A stretch of 64,000 bases of DNA from the human T2T-CHM13v2.0 reference genome, Homo sapiens. The position numbers and the translations under genes are program-made. Of this stretch, positions 44,038 through 57,100 are shown piece after piece. Within the stretch, counting starts at the first letter, position 1, and every line of letters begins with the position of its first letter. A model generated the notes under the pieces. The model saw only the letters and a program-made list of their open reading frames with translations, ran no database searches and was not told the origin of the DNA. The stretch lies in the NCBI RefSeq assembly GCF_009914755.1, contig NC_060927.1; one strand, written 5' to 3'.

Positions 44038-44247
44038 GACACAGGAAGGGGAACATCACACTCCGGGGACAGTTTTGGGGTGGGGGGAGGGGGGAGGAAT
44101 AGCATTAGGAGATATACCTAATGCTAAATGAGGAGTTAATGGGTGCAGCACACCAACATGGCACATGTATACATATGTAACAAGCCTGCACATTGTGCAC
44201 ATGTACCCTAAAACTTAAAGTATAATAATAATAAAATTAAAAAAAAA
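44038..44247 (+). mobile_element. Short L1PA3/L1PA4-like 3' end
   Basis: gacacaggaaggggaacatcacac..G-tract..aatgctaaatga..atgggtgcagcacaccaacatgg..aaagtataataataataaaa plus A tail. Confidence 0.92.
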
Positions 44248-44499
44248 TCTGAGAAAAAAAAGTTAATTTAAACTTTAGCACATCGTATGGTTAACACTAG
44301 GTAAAATTTCCCTTTTGAAGTCACTAATATGAAATACATACCACATTTGTTTTCTGCAGCAGTAGAGCTAATATACTTTGACCTTTTTTTCCCAAATGAT
44401 ACTTTATAAGTCTTCAGGGGAGAGATTGAAAGTATTAAATTTCAAGTTACAACCATCATCATTAAGATCAGCTCAGCCTTAATCTTTTGGCCTTGTCCC

Positions 44500-44890
44500 T
44501 GCCTTTCCCTGCAGTGCCCCAGCCAGTCTGTACTTTATTTCCTTCAGCTTCTAATGTTTTTTCTTCACTTTTGGTGTAAAAGATTCTCCTCTCTCTGCCT
44601 GGAACCACTCCTTGGCCCCACTCTTCCCCTTGGCAAGCTCATTCTTTAGGTTTTAGCTTAGACATCACTTTCTTGAAGTAAATTTCCCTTACCTTCTCTG
44701 TGTTCCCACAGACCCTTATGCTTCCTCTTTCCTAACGTCATCCACTAGAGAGTAATTGCCTGTATTTTGTTCTCTAGGCCCTAATACACGGTAAGCTCTA
44801 TAAGGTCAGGGATGCTCCCAGGCTACCAGCACTGCACCTGGTACATGTCAGGCATCCAGTGCATACCTGATGAGTTGAACAAATGAGGAA
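44500..44890 (+). mobile_element. L2 3' fragment
   Basis: tctctgcctggaacc..gctcattcttt..gtaagctcta..ggtcaggga..gcacctggtacat..gttgaacaaatga. Confidence 0.7.
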
Positions 44891-45469
44891 TCATTCCACT
44901 ACGTAACTAGCAACTAAGCATTCAAGAGATCAGTATGAATGCATATATTTATCGTTATTACTATATATCTGTATATCTTGGTTTTTACATTTGTTCCTTC
45001 TTTTGTATGTTTGGAGAATAAAATCCTTTATAACTCACTGCATCCCTTCCTTAGGAACTCTTAATACATCTGCCTCATCCCATTTATCTGTGTCTTGAAA
45101 GGGAATAAACAGGACCCAAATGGTAGATTATCCCAATGTACAACAATTCAGCATGAGAAATTCCATGTTAATGACATTGTTACAGTATAAAAGAACCTTT
45201 TAAATCTGAGACTTGGTTTTATAAATCCTGTAATTAACCTTACAGAGAACCATATTGGTCCATTTTTTCCAGTTGTCAAGAGAGACCCCACTGGCTGGAG
45301 ACATTCAATCTACCTTACTCTGTTTCCAGTGAGTGAAAATATCTTCATCTGTCTATGTGAGCTGGTGCACACTTGTTAAAGGTCCTGACATAGTGCTTGG
45401 TATACTGTAAGTGGTAAATAAATAAGAATTGCTTCCCTTCCCTCATTTGAGCTTTCAGAAACAGGGATG

Positions 45470-45596
45470 GTGGTAAACCGTTCATGAAGGATCCACCTCC
45501 ACAATCGAGTCACCACCTACCAGGCCCCACCTCCAACAATGGGGATTACAGTTGAACATGAGATTTGGGTGGGGACACAGATTCAAACTATATCAC
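45470..45596 (-). mobile_element. MSTB-like LTR fragment (ERVL-MaLR)
   Basis: accaggccccacctccaacaatggggattacagttgaacatgagatttgggtggggacacagattcaaactatatca. Confidence 0.85.
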
Positions 45597-45668
45597 ATTG
45601 CAATGGTAGGATCAGGTAACTTTCTAGTGTGATCAGTCATCAGGATCTTCTGCTAATTTGGAGGAGGA

Positions 45669-46003
45669 TGCTATGATATGTGTCTCCTCAAAATTCTTAT
45701 GTTGAAATCTCATCCCCAGCGCAATAATATTAAGAGGTGAGGCCTTTACAAAGTGATTAGGTCATGAAAGTGGAGCTGTGATAAGTGGGATTAGTGCCCT
45801 TATAAAAGAGGCTGAGGAAGCTTGTTTGTCTCTTCCACCATATGAGAACACGTAAGGTGCCATCTGTGAGGAACAGGCCTCACCACATACAGAATCTGCT
45901 CATGTCTTGATCTTGGACTACCTAACCTTCAGAACTGTGAAAAATAAATTTCTGTTGTTTATAAAGTACCCAGTCTAAGGTGTAGCAGCCGAAATGGAGT
46001 TAG
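45669..46003 (+). mobile_element. MLT1A0-like solo LTR
   Basis: tgctatg..caaaattcttatgttgaaatc..gggattagtgcccttataaaagag..agaactgtgaaaaataaatttctgttgtttataa. Confidence 0.85.
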
Positions 46004-46777
46004 AGTGTTTGGTGTGAGAACAAGACATGAAGACTTTCATGATTTTGTGTGCAACTCAAGAGGTGTGAAGCTACTGGACTTGCTAGATAGTTCTCCTTCC
46101 ATACAAGGTTGGGGAACTTGTAAGATATTTCTGGGTGTCACACATTTTGAATGTCCTTTACTTCCACTGATAAAATTTATTTCTAACTTTTTTTATGCGT
46201 ATAGATGAACTTTTCCTTGGTAATGCAGGTAAAGATATTAGATGCAGGTAAAAACACTGGATTCCTCTGGAGTTAAAAATCCTGATTAAAGTCCTTCACA
46301 TACTAACTAGCCATTCCTGGAGTGATAAATCCTAACTAGGTCCTTCCAGTGATACCTTGCACACAGAGATACATCCTATGTCTGTATCAGTATTTTTCTT
46401 CAAATTGCAACTCTGATCCATCAGTGGGTTGTAAAATCAAATTAGCGAGACCAACATCCTTTGCTACCATAGTATAGGATGGGAAGGGTATGGAATGAGG
46501 CTGGAGTACATTACATGTAAAAAATTGTTTTTTGAACCTTTCCTTCCTGTTATACATGTACACATCATTGTGTAGTGCTGTAAAATGCATTTCTTACTGT
46601 GGGTCGTGGAGAAAAATGTTTGAAATCAGCAGTTAGTTTTTAAAGTAGATTACAGGTGATGTACATCTAAAAATTTAGCCAATTCTAGGATTATAATGGT
46701 TTGGAATTTGCTGACTTTTTGTAGGTCATATCAGTAAATAAAACCCTTTTCCATATTTCTGAAATTATATTCTTCTT

Positions 46778-49524
46778 TTTTATTATTATTATACTTTAAG
46801 TTCCAGGATACATGTGCAGAACGTGCAGGTTTGTTACATAGGTGTACACGTGCCATGGTGGTTTGCTGCACCCATCAACCCATCATCTACATTAGGTATT
46901 TCTCCTAATGCTATCCCTCCCCTAGCCTCCCAGCCCCCGAGAGGCCCCAGTGTGTGATGTTCCCCTCCCTGTGTCCATGTGTTCTCATTGTTCAACTCCC
47001 ACTTATGAGTGACAACATGTGGTGTTTGGTTTTCTGTCCCCATGTTACTTTGATGAGAATGATGGTTTCCGGCTTCATCCATGTCCCTACAAAGGACGTG
47101 AACTCATCCTTTTTTATGGCTGCATAGTATTCCATGGTGTATATGTGCCACATTTTCTTTATCCAGTCTAACATTGATTGGCATTTGGGTTAGTTCCAAG
47201 TCTTTGCTATTGTGAACAGTGCTGCAGTAAACATACGTGTGCATGTGTCTTATAGTAGAATGATTCATAATCCTGGTGGTGACAAAATCTCTCAGCATTT
47301 GCTTGTCTGTAAAGGATTTTATTTCTCCTTTGCTTATGAATGTTAGTTTGGCTGGATGTGAAATTCTGGGTTGAAAATTCCTTTTTTTAAGAATGTTGGA
47401 TACTGGCGCTCACGCTCCTCTGGCTTGTAGGGTTTCTGCCAAGAGATCTGCTGTTAGTCTGATGGGCTTCCCTTTGTGGGTAACCTGACGTTTCTCTCTG
47501 GCTGCCCTTAACATTTTTTTCTTCATTTCAACCTTGGTGAATCTGACGATTATGTATCTTGGGGTTGCTCTTCTTGAGGAGTATCTTTGTGGTGTTCTCT
47601 GTATTTCTTGAATTTGAATGTTGGCCTGTCTTGCTAGTTTGGGGAAGTTCTCCTGGATAATATCCTGCAGTGTTTTCCAACTTGGTTCCATTCTCCCCGT
47701 CACTTTCAGGTACACCAACCAAACGTTGGTTTGGTCTTTTCACATAGTCCCATATTTCTTGGAGGCTTTGTTCCTTCCTTTTTATTCTTTTTTCTCTAAT
47801 CTTGTCTTCACGCTTTATTTCATTGAGTTGATCAGCAGTCTCTGATATCTTTTCTTCTGCTTGATCAATTCGGCTATTGATACTTGTGTATGCTCCACGA
47901 AGTTCTTGTGCTGTGTTTTTCAGCTCCATCAGGTCATTTATGTTCTTCTCTAAACTGGTTATTCTAGTTAGCAATTCCTCTAACCTTTTTTCAAGGTTCT
48001 TAGCTTCCTTGCATTGGGTTAGAACATGCTCCTTTAGCTCGGAGGAATTTGTTTTACCCACCTTCTGAAGCCTACTTCTGTCAGTTCATCTAACTCATTC
48101 TCCGTCCAGTTTTGTTCCCTTGCTGGCGAGGAGTTGTGATCTTTTAGAGGAGAAGAGGCTTTCTGGTTTTTGGAATTCTCAGCCTTTTTGTGCTGGTTTT
48201 TCCTCATCTTCGTGGATTTACCTACCTTTGTTCTTTGATGTTGGTGACCTTCAGATGGGGTTTCTGTGTGGACGTCCTTTTCGTTGATGTTGATGCTATT
48301 CCTTTCTGTTTGTTCATTTTCCTTCTAACAGGCCCCTCTGCTGCAGGTCTGCTGGAGTTTGCTGGAGGTCCACTCCAGACCCTGTTTGCCTGGGTATCAT
48401 CAGCGGAGGCTGCAGAACAGCAAAGATTGCTGCCTGTTCCTTCCTCTGGAAGCTTCATCCCAGAGGGGCACCTGCCAGATGCCAGCCAGAGCTCTTCTGT
48501 ATGAGGTGTCTGTCAACCACTGCTAGGAGGTGTCTCCCAGTCAGGAGGCATGGGGGTTGGGTCAGGGACCCACTTGAGGAGGCGGTCTGTCCCTTAGCAG
48601 AGCTCGAGGGCTGTGCTGGGAGATCCACTGCTCTCTGCAGAGCCGGCAGGCAGGAACATTTAAGTCTGCTGAAGCTGCACCCACAGCCTCCCCTTCCTCC
48701 TAGTGCTCTGTCCCAGGGAGATGGGGGTTTTATCTATAAACCCCTGACTAGGGCTGCTGCCTTTCTTTCAGAGATGCCCTGCCCCAGAAAGGAGGAATCT
48801 TGAGAGACAGTGTGGCTACAGCGGCGCTTTGCAAGCTGTGGTGGGCCCTACCCAGTTTGAACTTCTGGCGATTTTGTTTACACTGTGAGGGGAAAAACCA
48901 CCTACTAAAGCCTCAATAATGGCGGGTGTCCCTCCCGTGCCCAAGGTCCAGCATCCCAGGTCGACTTCAGACTGCTGTGCTGGCAGTGAGAATTTCAAGC
49001 CAGTGGATCTTAGCTTGCTGGGCTCCGTGGGGGTGGGATCCGCTGAGCTAAACCACTTGGCTCCCTTGCTTCAGCCCCTTTTCCAGGGGAGTGAACGGTT
49101 CTGTCTTGCTGGCGTTGCAGGCACCACTGGGGTATGAAAAAAAATCCTGCAGCTAGCTTGGTGTCTGCACAAATGGCCGTCCAGTTTTGTACTTGAAACC
49201 CACGGCCCTGGTGGCGTAGGCACCCGAGGGAATCTCCTGGTCTGCAGGTTGCAGAGACCGTGGGAAAAGCGTAGTATCAGGGCCAGAGTGCACCGTTCCT
49301 CATGGCACAGTTCCTCACGGCTTACCTTGGCTAGGGGAGCGAGTTCCTGGACTCCATGTGCTTCCTGGGTAACGCAATGCCCCACCCTCCATGGGCTGGA
49401 TCCGCTGTGTAACCAGTCCCAGTAAGATGAGTAGGGTACCTTAGTTGGAAATGCAGAAATCACCCACCTTCCGTGTTGATCTTGCTGGGACCTGCACCCC
49501 AGAGCTGTTCTATTTGGCCATCTT
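46778..49524 (-). mobile_element. L1PA7-like element with complete 5' end and ~3.7-kb internal deletion
   Basis: 5' terminus AAGATGGCCAAATAGAACAGCTC at 49524; ~1.3-kb 5'UTR; ORF1 to ...RDFVTTR joined at 47272-47274 to the last ~0.5 kb (ORF2 C-terminus, 3'UTR, A tail). Confidence 0.92.
47275..48207 (-). pseudogene. Frameshifted L1 ORF1p remnant
   Basis: ATG at 48207; ORF-track peptides ELKEHVLTQCKEAKNLEKRL..EIWDYVKRPN and LQDIIQENFPKLARQANIQIQEIQRTPQRYSSRRATPR lie in different frames. Confidence 0.9.
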
Positions 49525-49610
49525 CAAGCCAGGCTCTAATTTTTGTATTTTTAGTAAAGACGGGGTTTTACCATGTTGGCCAGGCTGTTCTCGAACTCCT
49601 CACCTCCGGT
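49525..49610 (-). mobile_element. Internal Alu fragment fused to the L1 5' end
   Basis: ctaatttttgtatttttagtaaagacggggttttaccatgttggccaggctgttctcgaactcctcacctccggt; no head and no tail. Confidence 0.85.
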
Positions 49611-49986
49611 TACATTATTCTTGTATAGAGTTGTCAGCCAAGATAGTAACCAGAGATGTTTTGTTTGTTGAAAAGTACATCTTAAGCTGGGCATTCCATC
49701 AATAATAGACTATTTTCTGGAGATGTTAAAAATCACTGTTATGATAGATCTGTCATGATAATATTTAGACGCTGTGACTCTTCAGAACAACAGTGAAGAA
49801 AGAAGATGTGATGTGATGATTACAGCAGTAATGACTCTGAGCATCAGATTTAGTGGTATTTAAGTTATGCTGTTACTTTGCAAGTGATACTTAAATATGG
49901 TTAAAATACCCTTGGCAGTAAGGATGTTAGATTAAATGACTTCCCACCTGTTCCAGTCTTTCTGATTTTTCTTTCACAAATGTTAC

Positions 49987-50298
49987 TTTTTTTTTTTTTT
50001 TGAGTCAGGGTCTTGCTCTGTTGGCCAGGCTTGACTGCTGTGGCATGATCATGACTCCCTGCAGCCTCAATCTCCTGGGCCCAAGGGAACCTCCTGCTTC
50101 AGCTTCCTGAGTAGCTAAGACTATAGGTGTGTACTACCACATCTAGCTAATTTTTTTATTTTTATGTTTTATTTTGTAGATGTGAGGTTTTGCTGTGTTG
50201 TCCAGGCTGGTCTTAAGCTTCCTCCTGGCCTCAAGCAGTTATCCTGCCTTGACATCCCAAAATGCTGAGATTACAGGTGTGAGCCACCATATCTAGCC
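49987..50298 (-). mobile_element. AluJ
   Basis: Reverse dimer; degenerate TSD cacaaatgttactttt/cacaaacattagtttt. Confidence 0.9.
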
Positions 50299-52334
50299 CA
50301 CAAACATTAGTTTTCTAATTAACTTGTAATAACCCCCTAAGCTTTGCTGTCTCTGGCTATGCTGATGGTTCTAATATGGGAAGCAGTTACCACCCCCACA
50401 CCCTCAATGTGTACTCTTTGGTATTGTTCTACCTATACAGTGATGAGTTGTCAACATGTAGTACACTTTCTTTACCAGATCTCCCTAAGATACAACACAA
50501 CAGTGCCTAGCCTGGAAGCCACAAAGGACTTCAAATAACACAGAGAAGTGACCCACCAGAATTACCTGGGAAGCTTTTAATAAGTTGTGGATGTTGCTTG
50601 AGAATCTGTGCTTTTGTTATGCAGTGTTCTTGCAGAGATTATTTCCACTTGCCTGCCGTGCATAGTTTTGAAAAAAGCCAAACTAGATTGTGAGCTCCCT
50701 GAGAGCAGGGACATACTCCTTTCCCTCAAAATTATGGCCTTTGTGTCTCGTATACCTTCTGACAGATATTAGGCACTGAATAAATTTTTGTTAAATGAAT
50801 GAATGAGTCTTTGGTTTCAATGACATTTGCTTCTCTTGAGGAACCTGGTTAGTTGACATAAATTGCATGATACCACATAGAATGGGGAAGCTCTCCCTTT
50901 CCTCTCTCTTGCTCAGGTCTGCAGAAGTCCAAGGGTCTTCTGCCTCTCCCTTCAATTAAATTTCAAAACCAGCAGTTACTACTGTTGGGTGTGGGACAAA
51001 ATGCCTACTACTGGTGGGCTGCTAAGACTAGGCATGTACATACAAGAATAAACACAATATATATTTAGGCGTTTGAATGGATACAGATGCCTAAGAGAGA
51101 GAGTCTATCATGAAAAATTTGAACAAGTAGCCCTCATCTACTATAAAACCTACAGTTTTCTAACCTGAATTATTATTGTTTCAGTTATCTGCTAAATGTA
51201 AGCTCTTTGACGGCAGTATCTATGTCTATTCATACTTGTAGCCATCATAGCATCTGACACAGTGCATTGCATATTGTAAGAGCCCAGTAAATGCTTAATG
51301 AGGGTATATATGGATCAGATTGCCCAGAAGGAACTCTATAAATAATGATTGAATATCTTCTTTAATAAAATGAGGGAACTGGATCAGAAAGTCTAAAAGA
51401 AGTTCCCTTTATTGCTCAATTTTTATGATCCTGTGATTTAGAAAAATAATTTTAATGGGCAGTTTCATAGTTTGAATGACATATTATTCAGGCTTTTTAA
51501 ATATAGGTGTTAGAAATGAAGCTTAAAGCAGTTGGAAGCAATAGAGAATAAGGCAGGAATTAAGTACTTCTAATTAACAATGCTAGATAATGTCAGTGAC
51601 TGTTTCTTGTATCTGTACTGTAAGGACAAATGCTGTTCATAGTTGTAACTTCTAAGACAAGGCTTTGATTTCTTTACAGTATTCTTCACCTACACCAGAA
51701 CCACTTGTAAAGAGGCAAGAATATTTACTAAGAGTTGAATCATGATATGTTTTTTTTGCAATATATTGTTTAAGGTTTCTTTTAAGTCCTGCCTCTTTCA
51801 GGAAGCCTTTACCTAATAGTTCACTTCTCTCCAGGAAAGGACTGATCTTTACATGTATATCTTTCTGTTACTGTATTTAGGCCCACAAAACCCCTAACTA
51901 GATATTGCCTATGGGTTAAGAACAGAGTAAAGATATGAAGAACTGTTTTCAGACATGTAAAATAAGGTAATGTGAATCATGTAGAAGAGACAATATCTTT
52001 ATTCCTTTTACTCTCAAATCATAAAAACGAAAGTTATAGGAGGGAAGATTTGACTTAATAATAGGGAGAATGTTTCTGAAAGGTAGAACTCTTTGGAAGG
52101 GACATGATCTACTTTCTACTGTGTGCACTAGTAGTGCTTAGGCATCTTGTAAGGATTGTTGTGCAGGGAGTTTCTCTTTCAGCTTGAAGGTCAGCTAAAT
52201 ATATCATCTGAGAATCTGTAATTGAATTTAACAAATATTTTAGTGCATCTTTGCAGTAGGCATTAAACTCTACATAATTAGGTGATGGCTGGTATCTGTT
52301 ACAGTCTAGCACAACTGGCTTAGGAGGCAAGTCT

Positions 52335-52945
<611 letters not shown>

Positions 52946-53619
52946 TGTTTAGCTTTCCCAAATAATAGCACAGTTATTGAATGAGGGAAATGTGGTATAA
53001 TGGTAGCAGATTTGTTTACCAGTGTTGGCCAGCAACCAGGAAATTAGTTGGTCAGTGAGTCACAACATTAATGGGGCTGCCAAAATATCCTCTAATGAGC
53101 TGTTTTGTTGTATTGAATGAAGTAATTAATAATTTTTTTAATTATAAATATTTATATTCCAAATAGAAGTAGAAGTTGGTACTTAATATTGAACAGACTA
53201 CACCAAAGAAGTAGGTTAAGAGAGAATCTTTTAAGAGAAACAATTTTCTTAGGTACTTTAAAGGAGCATTAATAATAAATACGGGGATAGAGAGTAGGAG
53301 GTAAGTTGGCTATTTTAGATAACATGGGCAGGTTAAGTTCTTCCTGAGAGACAACACTTGAATGGTAGAGAAAGTGGTCAACTGGAGCAGAATGCCCCAT
53401 CTGAAGGAAGAATCTACTCTGCTGCTTCCCAGCTGCAGCTTACTGTCACCAGTCCAGTGTTGCCAGGACTACTATTTTTCAAGAGAAACCAAGATTCCAT
53501 GTTTCTTTATGAAAATTTTTAAACTGAGCAGATAAACAAGCATATCTGAAGAATAGATTATCTTTTCTGTCAGTTTGTGACCTGGGTGATGCTGTCTTCT
53601 GAGTCCTCAGCCCTATGTT

Positions 53620-53925
53620 GGAACAAAGAAAAAGGCTTTGAAGAAACCAGAGAGCTGCTTTAAATACTTGTGGGTTATCAGGTGGAAGACAGATTTGACT
53701 TGTTCTATTTCCAGAAGGCAGAACAGAGACAGGCAGATTTTCACTCAAGGAAACACTTAACAATTAGAGCAGACTAGAAATAGAATAGGATGTTTGCTTG
53801 GAAATTCTTCTGTTCCTGGAAAGTGGTGTTCAAGCTAATAGTGGATGATGAGTTGTCAAAAGTGTCTAGGGAAGGGTCTAGGTAAGATGACATTTCAAGT
53901 TCCTTTTTATCTTGAAATTCTTGAA
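53620..53925 (+). mobile_element. L3/CR1 (or MIR3) 3' remnant
   Basis: gagctgctttaaatacttgtgggttatcagg..gacttgttct..ggcagattttcactca..ctggaaagtggtgttcaagc..tagatgacatttcaagttcctt. Confidence 0.55.
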
Positions 53926-54075
53926 TCACCAAGATCTAGATCCCTGTTCAGCTCTTCTCCATATCTTCACCTTCATGTTCACAGCTGAGTTATCACCTTC
54001 CCATACTAGGAAAGTCAGTATGTAAAGTCAGTTTCTTAAAGGCTTGGTTTTTCTGTGTGTCTGCTTACATAATGA

Positions 54076-54167
54076 AGGTTCATTGGTTTACAGTTCTTGT
54101 TTAAGATGTCCTTTGCATGTTAGGTTCATTGGTTTGCAGTTCTTGATTAAAATGTCCTTTGCATGTT
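54076..54167. repeat. 46-bp tandem duplication (2 copies)
   Basis: aggttcattggttt(a/g)cagttcttg(t/a)ttaa(g/a)atgtcctttgcatgtt x2, 3 mismatches. Confidence 0.95.
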
Positions 54168-57100
54168 AAGCAGTCACAAAACTTGAAATTAAAGCTTTTA
54201 GAGTCTCTGAAGCTATAATTGTTTTATTCTCCCAACTGCGCATAAAACGGTTTGATAGCTAGTGCTTTAACTAAAGCTAGTTGTGTTCGAGTTCTAACTT
54301 TGCAGCTGTCTTGGAGATCTAATACATTAGCAAAGTGAAGTGAAGTAAAGATATATTTTTCAAAAGTCCTTGAGTGGGATTATCTTACACTTTATTATTT
54401 ATCTTGATACTAAAGATAAGAAATAGATCTCTGCTATTTCATTTTTCTTTACTCAGTATACATAACTTTTTGTCAAGAGTTAATATAGAAGTATGTCTGT
54501 TTCTCTCATAACCCTTGTTTTAATGGTTAACAATTGTTTATTTCTTATCAGGATGAGAGTTAATATATTGCCATCCTTGATAAGAACTCTTGGTCTAATT
54601 TTACTTATAACTGCTTTAATTACTTTATAACACACTAATGCCATAATCTATATAATGCTTGCATGTCCAGTGCGTGTATTTATTTCTAGATCAGTGATTG
54701 TAATAGGTACTAGGTGCTTAAAAATACCTATACTGGAATATAAGCAATTACATTTTTTCAAAATGTATGGAGTCTTTATTATGATACTCATGAATGTTTT
54801 TAATGAGAATATGATAATAAACCCTACATCTCTTCCTAAATCTCCGATCAGTAGTAGTGTGACCTGGTGCTACCTATCAGAAGAATGAGGGCCCTCCCTT
54901 AGCAGTGGAGTACTGAAAACTGTATCTCTGCCTCTCCTCCTTCACACCCTCCTTCAATTCATGATCCTCAGGGAGACTTATTTTGCCTAGTTTAGTTACT
55001 GAGTCTGGTGGTTGACCTCTTGAGTAATGAAAGGACATTACTGAGAATTTTGAGAGTGCTGAGAGTGAGTGGATACTTTTAAGGTTTTCTCTTCAAGCTT
55101 TTGTTCCCTAATTTGGAAAGGTAAGTAATGTTTGATAATCTTACTAAATTCCACAGTTATTTATTCTCTCAAACCCTTCAGAAAATACCCAATTGAATAA
55201 GATATAAATGTTTAAGGAACTTTTTTTTCTATGTTGAACCAGATAAATCTAAGAAATAAAAGAAAAGCTACATAATCTGCAGTATAATATTAATGAAAAT
55301 ACAGCAGAGACTTGCAGTTACCATGTTAAGGTACAGATGATTTCCTAAATGAATTCATTTGTCTATGATCAGTAACTAAAGAAGCAGCTAGCTGGGGTAT
55401 CTACTCTTGTAGGGGAGCAGGTAGCCTTTCTGGGAGGAGAGCACATATTAACTGACTTAAACACCTTTGTTTTTTTTTTTTTCTGTATTTGCTTTAAGTG
55501 ATACTGAATTTGATGGCTTTTTCTTTGGCTTGCTAAGGATAAAATGTAGAAAATTTAATTCTGCTTGGATTAATGAACATATTTTTAGAATCTTGTACAA
55601 ATTGTAGCACTAATGAAAGGTCCTCTGCTCCAGGCATAAGGTTTCATTTAAGAATGAAAAAGCAAATTGAGCTAATGTATTGTGTAAGAGGTTTGTAGTT
55701 AAATACATAAAATGATGTCAGTTTGATTTCAGCTGGAGCTAAGGTACTCTGATAGCTATGAGATGTTAAAATAATAGAAACATTTAAAGAAGTATGATAG
55801 CTGAATTTTATATAAATAAAGTAGTTTGATTTTTTATAACTGGTAGCGTTTATTTTACTTCAGTGATTTGGCAGAGGTACTAAGCCAAATAATTTTTAAA
55901 TTGGTTTTATCTTAAATTGGTTATATCTGGTGGTAACATTTATGGATAATTAGAGTCAAAATAAGCAATTGTTTCATCCTTTTCTACTTTACCATGTTTT
56001 AAACATTTGAGTTTGGAAAACTTAAATTATATACAAAGTAGAAAATTAGTATAATAAAGACTTTAAATCACATTTATCAATGCACAGGGAATCGTGTTTT
56101 AACTATACCCCCACCAAACATATCTTGCCTCAGATTTTAAAGCAAATTCCAAGTGTCAATCCTTTCCTTATAAATATTTCAGTATGTATCCTTGAGTAAG
56201 TCCATAAGGACTAATTTCTTTTAGCATAACTATAATGCCATTAAAACAGCTACTTTTTAGTTGCAGATAAGAAGTAGGGTAGGAATTGCTGGGGTCTAAC
56301 CCAGTTCTGATGACATTAAATAGATCCTAGATAGTTGGACAAATCATTTAACTTTCTTCTCTTCCTGCTCTCTTGTCTTTTAAAGGGGGAAGCTCAACTA
56401 AATTTTCTTTAAAATCCCATCTGTCTCTGAAATTTGTTAATTTAAAAAATTAGACTTCTAGTTTCCAGACTAGCATGTAAGGAGCTTAGAAGTCATTACG
56501 TCAAAAAATAAACAGGTTAAAAAGCTGAACAAACTGAAAAATTAACAGTTCTTCTTAGATCTGTTATAGAAGCAAGGTTACAGGGTAAACCACTCCCACC
56601 ACCCCCAGATTGAAGAGACAGGCAAATACAGAGAACAGGAGCAGAAGCCTCTGCAGGAATCAGCATCACAGTAGGAAAACCTGAACTGCAATTGATAAAT
56701 TGCTGGGGCTCAGGATATACAAGCTTGAGAGTGAAAAACTTTAGGGGTGACGAGTCATGAGACCTAATCATAGGACTATAGAATGCTCTACCCTCCCCCG
56801 CTTTCTTACCCCCACTTTCTTAGCCCTATTTTCTGCAGTTCCTTTTACCCAATTCACCATGTCCAGCTCTCAAGAAAAAAATTACAAGTGTACTAGAAGG
56901 CAAATAATACACTTCGAAGAGACAGAACAAGCAACAGAACCAGATTCAGATATGGCAGGGCTCTTGAAATTATCATATCAGGAATTTAAAACAACTATCA
57001 TTAAAATACTAAGGGCTCTAGGGATAAAGTAGATGCCATGGAAGAGCAGATGGGCAATGTAAGCAGAGAGGTGGAATTCTAAGAAAGAATCAAAAAGAAA

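Noticed and set aside
47260-47290. L1 internal deletion as a splicing product
   Set aside because: Using the recalled consensus, the removed segment would start GCCTGC in sense (not a GT or consensus GC donor) and has no GT-AG ends in antisense. Microhomology explains it better.
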